From a virus, in IMG/VR virus record IMGVR_UViG_3300002052_000634, positions 36,618 through 100,617 of that record: DNA of 64,000 bases; one strand, given 5' to 3'. Positions 9,709 through 18,047 of the stretch are shown here, piece by piece (positions within the stretch are counted from its first letter, which is position 1; each line of letters starts with the position of its first letter). A model generated the notes under the pieces. It had not been told where the DNA came from, did not search any database, and worked only from the letters and a program-made list of their open reading frames with translations. Made by a program: the position numbers and the translations under genes.

Positions 9709-9864
9709 TTACCCTTTAATAAAATGACCAACTACAACAGCACCTATTCCTACTAATGCCAATATAGCTACTATAGGATTAATTTTAGCTACCATAATCC
9801 CTGCTACTGCTACCGCAGTAACTCCACTACCCTGAACTATAAGACCTATTTCTTTTCGGTTCAT
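9709..9864 (-). CDS. 51-aa two-TM membrane peptide
   Basis: MNRKEIGLIVQGSGVTAVAVAGIMVAKINPIVAILALVGIGAVVVGHFIKG, with GGAGG RBS and its own promoter. Confidence 0.7.
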   Translation of the reverse strand: MNRKEIGLIVQGSGVTAVAVAGIMVAKINPIVAILALVGIGAVVVGHFIKG

Positions 9865-9917
9865 AATTTCCTCCATGTAAACATTACTGTATATAATAAT
9901 TTGTTTCTAGTACCTAT

Positions 9918-9946
9918 ATTATATCATATAATATGTTTGGTGTCAA
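9918..9946 (-). promoter_or_regulatory. Consensus sigma70 promoter with extended -10
   Basis: cTTGACAcc-17-tatgaTATAAT. Confidence 0.85.
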
Positions 9947-9956
9947 GGTTTTAAAT

Positions 9957-10576
9957 CTATTTATTTTTGTTTAGTAAATCAAAATTTATCTTATATCTTT
10001 GATTTTTTCCTTTTGGGTAAGGTAATACTTTATATCTTAAATTATGTCTAAATACTGTTTTGTCTGCCTTATTGCCAAGAAATAAGATATACCTGTGTTT
10101 TGGAAACCAGGCTACTCTTTCTGTAAAATCTCCTACATAATGTCTAGGATGTTTTCCTCCTTTTCCTTTTATATGAGTTCTTTTTTTTTCCCACATCCAG
10201 TATATATAAAATTTAATGCTTGATATATATATCCAAAATGATTCATTTTTGTGTCACTATAACTAACAATTATTTTCGTTTTTTCAATTTGTTTTAAACA
10301 TCTAGAAACAAAAAAAGAAAAGCTATTTTTAGGTAAGTTTTCTTTTATAACTAATCTATTAAGTTCTAATACGAATTTTTTAAAAGGTTCTCCGCAAATG
10401 CCTTTGCATACATTAGGACTTGCAAGTTGTCCAAAGGTACATACTCCTATCATTTCTTCTTTATCAAATAACCCAAAAGCTACTGATATAGAAGGTATCC
10501 TTTTAGCGTAATGAATATTTAATAACCATTTTTTAGTATCTTTATATTCTATTCTTCTAACTTCATATTGTATCAT
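9957..10576 (-). CDS. mom: Mom-family DNA adenine modification protein, copy 1, split by a frameshift at an A9 tract (10181-10189)
   Basis: The 10169..10576 part has HYA, FGLF, GVCTFG, ELNRL and SYSD..NHFGYIYQALNFIYTG. The -1 frame part 9957..10196 supplies the family-like C-terminus (HPRH, KHRYILFLG, LPYPK). Confidence 0.8.
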
Positions 10577-10590
10577 ATTTTGCCTTATTT

Positions 10591-10660
10591 TGGAGCGAAG
10601 AGGTCGATTTTACGCCATCTTAACTCTGGAAGAGTTATGTTTTAATTAAACTATCTTCGC
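10591..10660 (-). tRNA. Non-canonical tRNA-Gly(UCC), 70 nt, CCA encoded
   Basis: Acceptor GCGAAGA/TCTTCGC, then U73 and CCA. D-arm GTTT-AATTA-AAAC has no GG. Anticodon arm is TAACT-CTTCCAG-AGTTA. The T-arm is degenerate (GGCG-TAAAAT-CGACC, no TTC). Confidence 0.8.
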
Positions 10661-10666
10661 AATTCT

Positions 10667-10695
10667 ATTATATCATATATTACTGTTCGTGTCAA
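10667..10695 (-). promoter_or_regulatory. Consensus sigma70 promoter for the tRNA-Gly/mom unit
   Basis: TTGACA-17-TATAAT with TG. An A12 tract lies upstream (10708-10719, UP-like). The predicted +1 falls on tRNA G1. Confidence 0.85.
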
Positions 10696-10699
10696 GGGT

Positions 10700-12150
10700 A
10701 CGTATCCTTTTTTTTTTTTCTACTATGTCACATCTCCACTCCGTTCCGTTCCGTCATTTCACTAATCCTTACCCTTCCAGGGGGCTACTTTGTCAGAAAA
10801 ACTATACATCTTTTGTGACAACTATACCTTTACTTTCTGACCATAATACAAACTGCTAATGTTTACCCTACCTCAATGTTCACTAAATAGTGAACTATAA
10901 TAATCCAGTGAACCTTAATGTCTCATATATAATGGACATTTTGCGACAATGGACTTTTCTAAATAGGGTATTCTAACAGTTATATTACCCCATTTATGCT
11001 AAACGTTACCCCATTAATTACCTAACGAACTGCCGAATTCCGTACCTTGTTAGGTAAGCCCTCTTACGTAGATATAACTAAGTAACGTGGCGTATATACG
11101 TGTATATACAGGCTTATATAGGTTTATATAAGTTTATGTACGTTTCCGTATAATTTCGCTTTTAGCGTTTCGCTTAATGTGAAATGGGTATTTAAACGTA
11201 CCGCTAGGGGGCGAGTGTAGCTCTAGGAGCATTATTTAAGGCTTTTAAGGGTAGGGTGACGGTAGTAATTTTAGGAGCGTATGGAACGTAATTGTGTCAT
11301 TTTTTGAGGCGATATGAACCAATTTTAGGGCGTTACAGATGCGATTAGCCGAAGGAACGGAGCGAAGTGGAATCGGGGTATTTGTTATTGTTCGGAGCGA
11401 TAGCGGTCAGAAACGGTTCGTTATGGTTCGTTTTGGAACGTTATTGGCGTGAAATGGGGTGATAGTAGGGGTTTAAAGTATCAAAAAACTAGCTTTTGCT
11501 AATCTTAACCCCTATGGTCTTATATTTATAACTTATTGATATATAAAGACTTATATATATTTACTTTAGGCTATAATTTATTATTATAACCTTTATTACT
11601 TTAAATTCCCATAAAAATATATTTTATATAGATTTGCCTATGTTTGTATATGTTTACCTAGCTTTATATACATTTTAATTATTACCTATTTATTATTTTA
11701 ACTAATTGATACATAAAACTTTATAAAGATATTTAATAACTAACTATTATTTATATTAAAGTGACTTTTACATCTACATAACTAGCTATTTATTATACTA
11801 ATTACTTATTATAGATATTTAATAAATGGACATTTATTATCAGGCTTTTTTAAAGGATTAAATAAGTTAGAGGTATTATCTGACTATTTATTTACTTAAC
11901 ATGAGATAGAATTATTAAAAAAGTTTAAGAAGTAGGGGTTTTATAAAGATATTTAATAAGATAGGTTATTATCTAGCTTTTTATACTGTTAATAGCAGAT
12001 ATCCAAGGAATAAACTGACTTTTTATTTTTTTAATTGTAGGGATAATGTTAAGATAGACAATAGCTTAATTTATTATTTGCCTTTTCGCTTGACATAGTG
12101 TATACTTAATTTGTATTTGAAAAATAAAAACAAGGTAACAAAGGGGTAAA
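10700..12150. other. Divergent non-coding hub (candidate origin or terminus region)
   Basis: No ORF of 60 aa or more. Gene orientation switches here, C-rich changes to G-rich on the + strand near 11100, and there are palindromes and a 20-bp direct repeat (11720, 11940). Confidence 0.55.
12078..12106 (+). promoter_or_regulatory. First rightward early promoter
   Basis: TTGCCT-17-TATACT upstream of ORF 12156. Confidence 0.65.
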
Positions 12151-12155
12151 AAATC

Positions 12156-12371
12156 ATGGTATACGATACGGAAAAGAGCTTACAACATCAGGCAATTAAA
12201 AAGCTGGAAAGTCAAGGCATAAGTACTAATGACTTTTACAAATGGAAATTGTATCACTCCGAAGCCTTTGACAAGTTTATAAAACAAACGGAGATAAGCC
12301 TTGACATTGCTATTGACAGATACAAGGGAAGTATAAAAAAGCATAGATACATAGTACATACAAGAGGATAA
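12156..12371 (+). CDS. Early hypothetical protein
   Basis: AGGGG RBS; first rightward ORF. Confidence 0.6.
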   Translation: MVYDTEKSLQHQAIKKLESQGISTNDFYKWKLYHSEAFDKFIKQTEISLDIAIDRYKGSIKKHRYIVHTRG

Positions 12372-12564
12372 AACTTTATTAAAAGGTTAAAAAAGGGGGT
12401 TAAAGTATGGAAAAGTTTATTTTGTACCTAATAGTAAAAGGCAAATTGTCAAGGTCACAAAGTAAGCACAAGGGAAGAATTAAGCGGATAATAAAAAACA
12501 ATCCGCAAATAGTAAGCGAATTTTTGAACAGGAAAAAGGCTTACTGTTAGGGAAGATTAAAAGG

Positions 12565-12602
12565 CACAAAAGGCAGGTTTTATACTTGCCTTTTGTGTTT
12601 TT
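12565..12602 (+). terminator. Intrinsic terminator overlapping the next promoter
   Basis: CACAAAAGGCAGGT/ACTTGCCTTTTGTG stem plus T-tract. The 3' arm contains TTGCCT (12586), 17 bp from TATACT (12609). Confidence 0.75.
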
Positions 12603-12967
12603 ATCAGGTATACTTATATTAGATTATGATAAAATAGGAGTAAAAGAAAATGACAAAAATAAACAAAAAACATATTAAAAAATTAGATTATTTTCAATTA
12701 TCCGCATATATTACGGAATACAAGGAAAGGCTATCTATAATGACTAACGGAGAATTAAAAGAGGCAAAAAAGATATATAATAGGCTTTTACGATATCAAA
12801 AAAGACTAGCTAAAAGAGATAAAATCGAAACGTTAATACAGATGGAAAATAGAAAATTGGATAAACATATAAAATAGGGAGTATGTAAAAAAGACTAGCG
12901 TATACCTTATAAAGAGGCTAGAGACTACGATATAAGGCATACTCCCCTATATAATAAAGGATAAAAA

Positions 12968-13339
12968 ATGTATACCTTGTATATAGTAAACAATAGCAAA
13001 AAATCGGATATACTAGGTTTATGGTATAATAAAGGTAAATTATATCGGGATTATATACATATAAAGGCATACAGGACTAAAAAAGACTTGCAAGGGGATA
13101 TTGATAAGCTTTTTTTGCAAGGTGAAAATGCCATTTTTTATACTGAAAAAAATCTAGTTGACAAGGAAAGTATGGCATATATAATCAATAGGCAAGAGGA
13201 TATTACTACGTTATACAATAGGCAAGTGTTAAAGCGATATAAATTAAGTATAACAGAGATTAAAAGCTTATTAGAGCAATACGGAGGCTTGACTATATAT
13301 AAGTATGACAAGAGATATATTATAGAGATTTACAATTAA
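12968..13339 (+). CDS. Early hypothetical protein
   Basis: ORF with AAGG RBS. Confidence 0.6.
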   Translation: MYTLYIVNNSKKSDILGLWYNKGKLYRDYIHIKAYRTKKDLQGDIDKLFLQGENAIFYTEKNLVDKESMAYIINRQEDITTLYNRQVLKRYKLSITEIKSLLEQYGGLTIYKYDKRYIIEIYN

Positions 13340-13757
13340 AAAGGGGAATAAAAAACGATTAAAAAAACTTATGTATCAATAAAAAGTAAGCCCTGTAAAT
13401 TCTGCCAAGCTCCAATAGGATTTATTAGAAGTAAAAGCGGTAAATGGTTTATAGTAGAGGTATATTCTATCAATGGCGAAGAAGTGACCTATTATCACAG
13501 TAAAGGCATATATCCTTTGCATCATTGTAATAAAAATCCTTTATAATACGCTATTATAGACACGATAATTGACAAGGCTATACCTAGACAAGGGGATAAC
13601 ATGAAGATAACAAAAAAGCTTATAAAAGAGATAATACAATTACATAATTCTACATTGCAAGATATAGAAGTATTAAAAGATTATATATCTTTATGCCTTC
13701 ATAGCAAGTATGATGATAAACTTTATTATGAAGCTATAAAAAAGTATAATCTATGGA

Positions 13758-14138
13758 GTGATAGACATGAATAAAAACAAAGTCACATTATATCATTATA
13801 GCAATAAAGATTTAAAGGTTATAAATCCTTTATACTTCGGAGATAATAACTATACTTTTAATGATGTAAAGGCTTGTGACATAAAACGGACTTTTTTTTA
13901 TCTTAACAATGAGCCTTTGGAATATATTTTTAAAAAAGCGAAATACCTTTACAAGGTGACAATAGATAAAAAAAATCTTTATGACTTGAAGCTTGACAAG
14001 CTAGGACTAAAAGCAAAATATAACGGAGATATTAAAGGCTTATTATCTTACTGTAAGAGGCATTATAAAGGTATTATTTATAATGTAGGCTTTGACATAG
14101 CAAGCTTATTTTATAACGTAAAGGCTAGCAAAGTATAA
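13758..14138 (+). CDS. Hypothetical protein, possibly ADP-ribosyltransferase-like fold
   Basis: LYHYS...TFFY...YLYKVTIDKKNLYD...YKGIIY pattern; weak call. Confidence 0.35.
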   Translation: MIDMNKNKVTLYHYSNKDLKVINPLYFGDNNYTFNDVKACDIKRTFFYLNNEPLEYIFKKAKYLYKVTIDKKNLYDLKLDKLGLKAKYNGDIKGLLSYCKRHYKGIIYNVGFDIASLFYNVKASKV

Positions 14139-14380
14139 AAAAATACCTTCTATAATGCGATTACAGAGGCGATAATTGACAAGGCATACCATAGCATAGG
14201 CAAGCGGTAAACGTGCCTATAAACGCAAATAAAAGCGATTTTTTCAAGAGGTATAGAGATATACAAGGCGATAATTGACAAGCTATATATAGGTATATAG
14301 TATATAACATAGTATAGTATATATTATATATAGGTATAGTTTAAAATAAATAAAAGGCAGATTTTTTGATAATAGAAAAG

Positions 14381-14492
14381 TTATTAAAAGACTTTAAAAA
14401 GTGGTAAAAAAAGTTTACGGATAAAAAAGTTATTAAAAGACTTTATAAAGATGTTAAGAAAATAAAAAGGAAGATAACTTATTAAAAGACTT
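14381..14492 (+). repeat. Three TTATTAAAAGACTT repeats with exact 49-bp period
   Basis: Copies start at 14381, 14430 and 14479. Confidence 0.85.
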
Positions 14493-14673
14493 AATAAAGT
14501 GGTAAAATAAGAAAAATAAAAGTTAGATTTGACAATATGGCAATATGGAAAACTCCGAAGTTAATAATATGCAAAAGTCAGAAACTCCGAGATATAATAT
14601 AGAGGTATATTATAATATGGCTTTACAAAAAACTGCTGAGATTTTAAGAGTGACAAAATTTAGTTTTTGCCTA

Positions 14674-14701
14674 TTGACAAAGTTAAAAAAATCCGTATAC
14701 T
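14674..14701 (+). promoter_or_regulatory. Early promoter
   Basis: TTGACA-16-TATACT. Confidence 0.7.
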
Positions 14702-14721
14702 TTAAAGTGGAGGGGTAAAAA

Positions 14722-14820
14722 ATGAATAAACTTTGTAAAAAATGTATAGGAAAATGTAAGCAAAAAATGGCTATTGTTATAATAGCTTGTCCGAATTACC
14801 GAAAACAAAAAAAGGGATAA
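14722..14820 (+). CDS. 32-aa Cys-rich peptide, copy 1
   Basis: MNKLCKKCIGKCKQKMAIVIIACPNYRKQKKG, with GGAGG RBS. Confidence 0.7.
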   Translation: MNKLCKKCIGKCKQKMAIVIIACPNYRKQKKG

Positions 14821-14821
14821 C

Positions 14822-15358
14822 ATGAAAATAGAAAATGGAAAAATAAAATATGAATATAGGACTTGTTGGGATTGCGAAGGCAAAAAGACAGTTGTCCGAA
14901 ATAGGCTTTGTCCGAATTGGGGCAAAAAAACATATCGAAAAAAATGTCCAGTATGCGGAGGTATAGGAAAAAATGGACATAAAACTATAGGACAATATAC
15001 AAAAGTATGCGACACTTGTAACGGGGAAGGCGTAAGACTAGAAAATAGTTGTGACAGTATGACAAAAGCTGAACGGATAAACTGGCTTGAAAATGTAACT
15101 TTCAAATTTGTAGAAAATCAAAAAAAGACTTTCAACGACAGTTATATAGGTATAGGGAATTTATGCGGTATAACAGATTATACCGACCATAGACACGACA
15201 AAGGTATAGTTGAGAAAATTAAAAGTCAGTTATTAAATGATACTACGTTGCAATATACCAAAATAATAAAAAACGGTAAACTTTGTAACGTGGTATATTG
15301 TAAAGGGCAATATGGCGGTTATACTGCAGTTGCAGGTTACGAAAGTGTGGGGGGTTAA
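14822..15358 (+). CDS. DnaJ-type zinc-finger protein
   Basis: CxxCxG repeats (CWDCEG, CPVCGG, CDTCNG). Confidence 0.7.
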   Translation: MKIENGKIKYEYRTCWDCEGKKTVVRNRLCPNWGKKTYRKKCPVCGGIGKNGHKTIGQYTKVCDTCNGEGVRLENSCDSMTKAERINWLENVTFKFVENQKKTFNDSYIGIGNLCGITDYTDHRHDKGIVEKIKSQLLNDTTLQYTKIIKNGKLCNVVYCKGQYGGYTAVAGYESVGG

Positions 15359-15359
15359 T

Positions 15360-16298
15360 ATGAAAAGAGTATTTTCGAGTAACGCTAAAACGGTTGCAAA
15401 ATGGGCAGAGAGAAGTCAAGACTATGGCAGAAATTCCAGAGGTAATATCTTTTTCGAAGGCGATATGATATACTCTTATGGCAGACATTATCCTATAGCA
15501 AGGTTTTATCGAAATTTTGTATTGGTAAACTCTCGAACATATAGCGTAACTACTCAACAGCATAAGAGATTAGTATATTATGCAGTAAGACAGGATTACA
15601 ATATAACTTTGATACCAGATATAGACAATATTGATAATCCTTTAAATTTGCAATATTTAAAATCGGAATATAAGAAATTTTATAAATTGACATTGCGAAG
15701 TAAACGCTTTGGCAGGTATTATTATGAAAGTTATATCGAAGCATTAAACAGTTACAGGCGATTTTGTAACCTATTATATAATAAAAATATACCTTTAATA
15801 TCTGGTAGAAGCGATATATTGAATGAGTTAGAACAGAGACAAAAAGACTTTGAGGCTGACAGAGAAAAAAGGACTATTGACAACGTATTAATGCCGAAGC
15901 CGATTTTTAAAAAGATAGAAAAAAAGACTTTAAAGCCTATTGATATATTTAAGGAGAGAAATGCACAGAGGCGGAGTGTATTATTGAAAATATATACTTA
16001 TGAGAGACTTTTAAAAGACAGCAACGCAAAATTAATCCATAAAGACGGGGATTACGAATTGTTACTAGTGCCTACTCCAAAAACTAAACAGGTTACAAAT
16101 AGATTTTGGGAAAATGGAGAAATGAAAATCAGGACAATCAAATTACCAGAAGATATTATGTTATTGAAAGTCAAATGCCCCTCAACAGGCGTATATTACG
16201 TTTTAAGAGTGCCTCCGACAATGACAAGGTGTAAAGAGGCTTTAGCGTGGACTTTTGACATGACAGAATTGGAATACAAGTTAGAAATGGAAACGTAA
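15360..16298 (+). CDS. DUF6745-like domain protein
   Basis: C-terminal NAQRR...VKCPSTG..Y.LRVPP....CKEALAWTF. Confidence 0.75.
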   Translation: MKRVFSSNAKTVAKWAERSQDYGRNSRGNIFFEGDMIYSYGRHYPIARFYRNFVLVNSRTYSVTTQQHKRLVYYAVRQDYNITLIPDIDNIDNPLNLQYLKSEYKKFYKLTLRSKRFGRYYYESYIEALNSYRRFCNLLYNKNIPLISGRSDILNELEQRQKDFEADREKRTIDNVLMPKPIFKKIEKKTLKPIDIFKERNAQRRSVLLKIYTYERLLKDSNAKLIHKDGDYELLLVPTPKTKQVTNRFWENGEMKIRTIKLPEDIMLLKVKCPSTGVYYVLRVPPTMTRCKEALAWTFDMTELEYKLEMET

Positions 16299-16313
16299 AA
16301 AAAGGAGGATAAA

Positions 16314-16622
16314 ATGAAAAGACAAGGAGAGTTATTAATAATAAAAGTGGACAGCTTTGAAGGGTTAGAACTGAACAAAATAGAGCATAGAATATTAGCC
16401 GAAGGCGAAACGACAGGACATAAGCACGAATTAAACACAGGAGTATTATATCGCAGGGTTTATTCGTGGAAAAATAGGGAATTATTTTTTGAAGTGCCCG
16501 AAAATAAGGTTGCGATATTAAGTCATCCTGAACATAGGGAATTGACTTTTGAGACAGGCAAATATAAAGTCATTACACAAAGGGAATATGAAGAACGGGG
16601 TAACAGATGGGTTAGAGATTAA
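16314..16622 (+). CDS. Conserved partner of DUF6745 proteins (His-rich)
   Basis: RQGE.LI, LAEGETTGHKH, HPEH and QREY...VRD motifs. Confidence 0.75.
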   Translation: MKRQGELLIIKVDSFEGLELNKIEHRILAEGETTGHKHELNTGVLYRRVYSWKNRELFFEVPENKVAILSHPEHRELTFETGKYKVITQREYEERGNRWVRD

Positions 16623-16777
16623 GAAAGCGAGGTCAATATGAGATTTGATAAAAAGACGAGAGAAATAGTCCGATTTGTCCGAGATATGCAAGGCACAAGG
16701 CGATACAAAATCAATATCTGGAAAGTAAAGCCAGTTAAAGTTAAGATAGCCAATAGGAAGATTTTTACTCTTGACAA
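16623..16777 (+). repeat. ~155-bp direct repeat, copy 1 (RBS + small ORF + -35 box)
   Basis: An ~88-bp core (16678-16765) is identical to 17948-18035. ORF 16638..16802 encodes MRFDKKTREIVRFVRDMQGTRRYKINIWK... Confidence 0.9.
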
Positions 16778-16822
16778 AGTTAAAAAATATGATATACTTT
16801 AAATAACAAAGGAAAAAATAAA

Positions 16823-16921
16823 ATGAATAAACTTTGCAAAAAATGCACAAAAAAATGTAAGCAAAAAAAGACTATAATTATTATCCGTTGCCCAAATTAT
16901 GAAAAAATAAAAGAGAGGTAA
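16823..16921 (+). CDS. 32-aa Cys-rich peptide, copy 2
   Basis: MNKLCKKCTKKCKQKKTIIIIRCPNYEKIKER, following TTGACA-16-TATACT at 16771. Confidence 0.7.
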   Translation: MNKLCKKCTKKCKQKKTIIIIRCPNYEKIKER

Positions 16922-17892
16922 TATCATGGAAAAAATATTTGACTATGAAAAATTACAAGCGGAAAAAGAAAATATTTACAATGCTATAAAAGCGGAATAT
17001 AAATATATACAAGTCTCTACACTAGGAGGTAAGGAAAATGTAACTTTACTTATTAGATTATCACTTGACAAAAAAGAAACTTGGCAATATGGAATATTTG
17101 AAAATAGCAGATATTATCATTTTCATATTGATAATAATGGAACGGTTGAAAATTTTTCGAAAAGTTATAGGCTAGAAAAAATCAGGAAAAAAAGAGTTAA
17201 AAGCTTAACTGAGGCAATAGAATATATCAATAAAAAAATAGGAGGATAAAATAATATGAAATGCGAAAAAATTATAAACGGTAAAAAGTGCGATAGAGAA
17301 GCCACGAAAAAATTGTTGATAGGGTTATTACCATTGCGGTTGTGTGACGAATGTTTTGAAAAAACATGGAGTAAAAAATTAAAAAGAAAGTGAGGTTGTA
17401 TGTTTTGTTTAAGTAAATTTGACGGAATACCGACAAAAAACGAAATAGCTTATAAACAATTTTATGATTATATAAACGATAATAAAAAAAGAAGCGATTT
17501 TCTATTAAAAGGTTATCTTGTATTAAAAAGACATGAAACAGGAATATATAAAGGTTTATTATCAACATTTTATTATGTAAATAAGCCTAAAAAAGCAATA
17601 GTTATTTATAAAATAAAATAAAGGGCAATATATGACAAATTATATTAAATTAGGTAAATGTAAAATAAAGGGTTGTAATAATTTTATATCTTGGCATTGG
17701 CAAATGACTATTGATAGCGAAAATCCGCTTGTGTTTATACCTCTAGGGTATTTTTATCGGAGTTTTACAGCGATAAATATATGCAATAAGTGTAAAAATA
17801 AAATAAAACAAGGCGAAAGTGTGAAATTTAGTTATAAAAAGAGACAATTTATATTTAAAAATTTCAAATTGATAGAATACAAAATATAAAAC

Positions 17893-18047
17893 GAAAGTGA
17901 GGGCAATATGAGATTTGACAAAAAGACACAGGAGATAATAAAATTTATCCGAGATATGCAAGGCACAAGGCGATACAAAATCAATATCTGGAAAGTAAAG
18001 CCAGTTAAAGTTAAGATAGCCAATAGGAAGATTTTGGCTCTTGACAA
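17893..18047 (+). repeat. ~155-bp direct repeat, copy 2
   Basis: Offset 1270 bp from copy 1. ORF 17908..18057. It ends in the -35 of TTGACA-16-TATACT (18041-18068). Confidence 0.9.

Noticed and set aside
10591-10660. Ordinary translational tRNA-Gly, or a dead attP remnant
   Set aside because: The universal D/T-loop residues are absent, yet both ends, the acceptor and anticodon stems, the identity bases and a dedicated promoter are intact. That fits neither reading well.
12886-12925. preQ1 riboswitch or twister ribozyme match
   Set aside because: Only CTAGC and an A-rich stretch resemble preQ1-I. P1 and the conserved loop residues of either family are missing.
14381-14492. CRISPR array interpretation of the 49-bp periodic repeats
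   Set aside because: The repeat is only 14 bp, there are three copies, the spacers resemble each other, and no cas genes are present.
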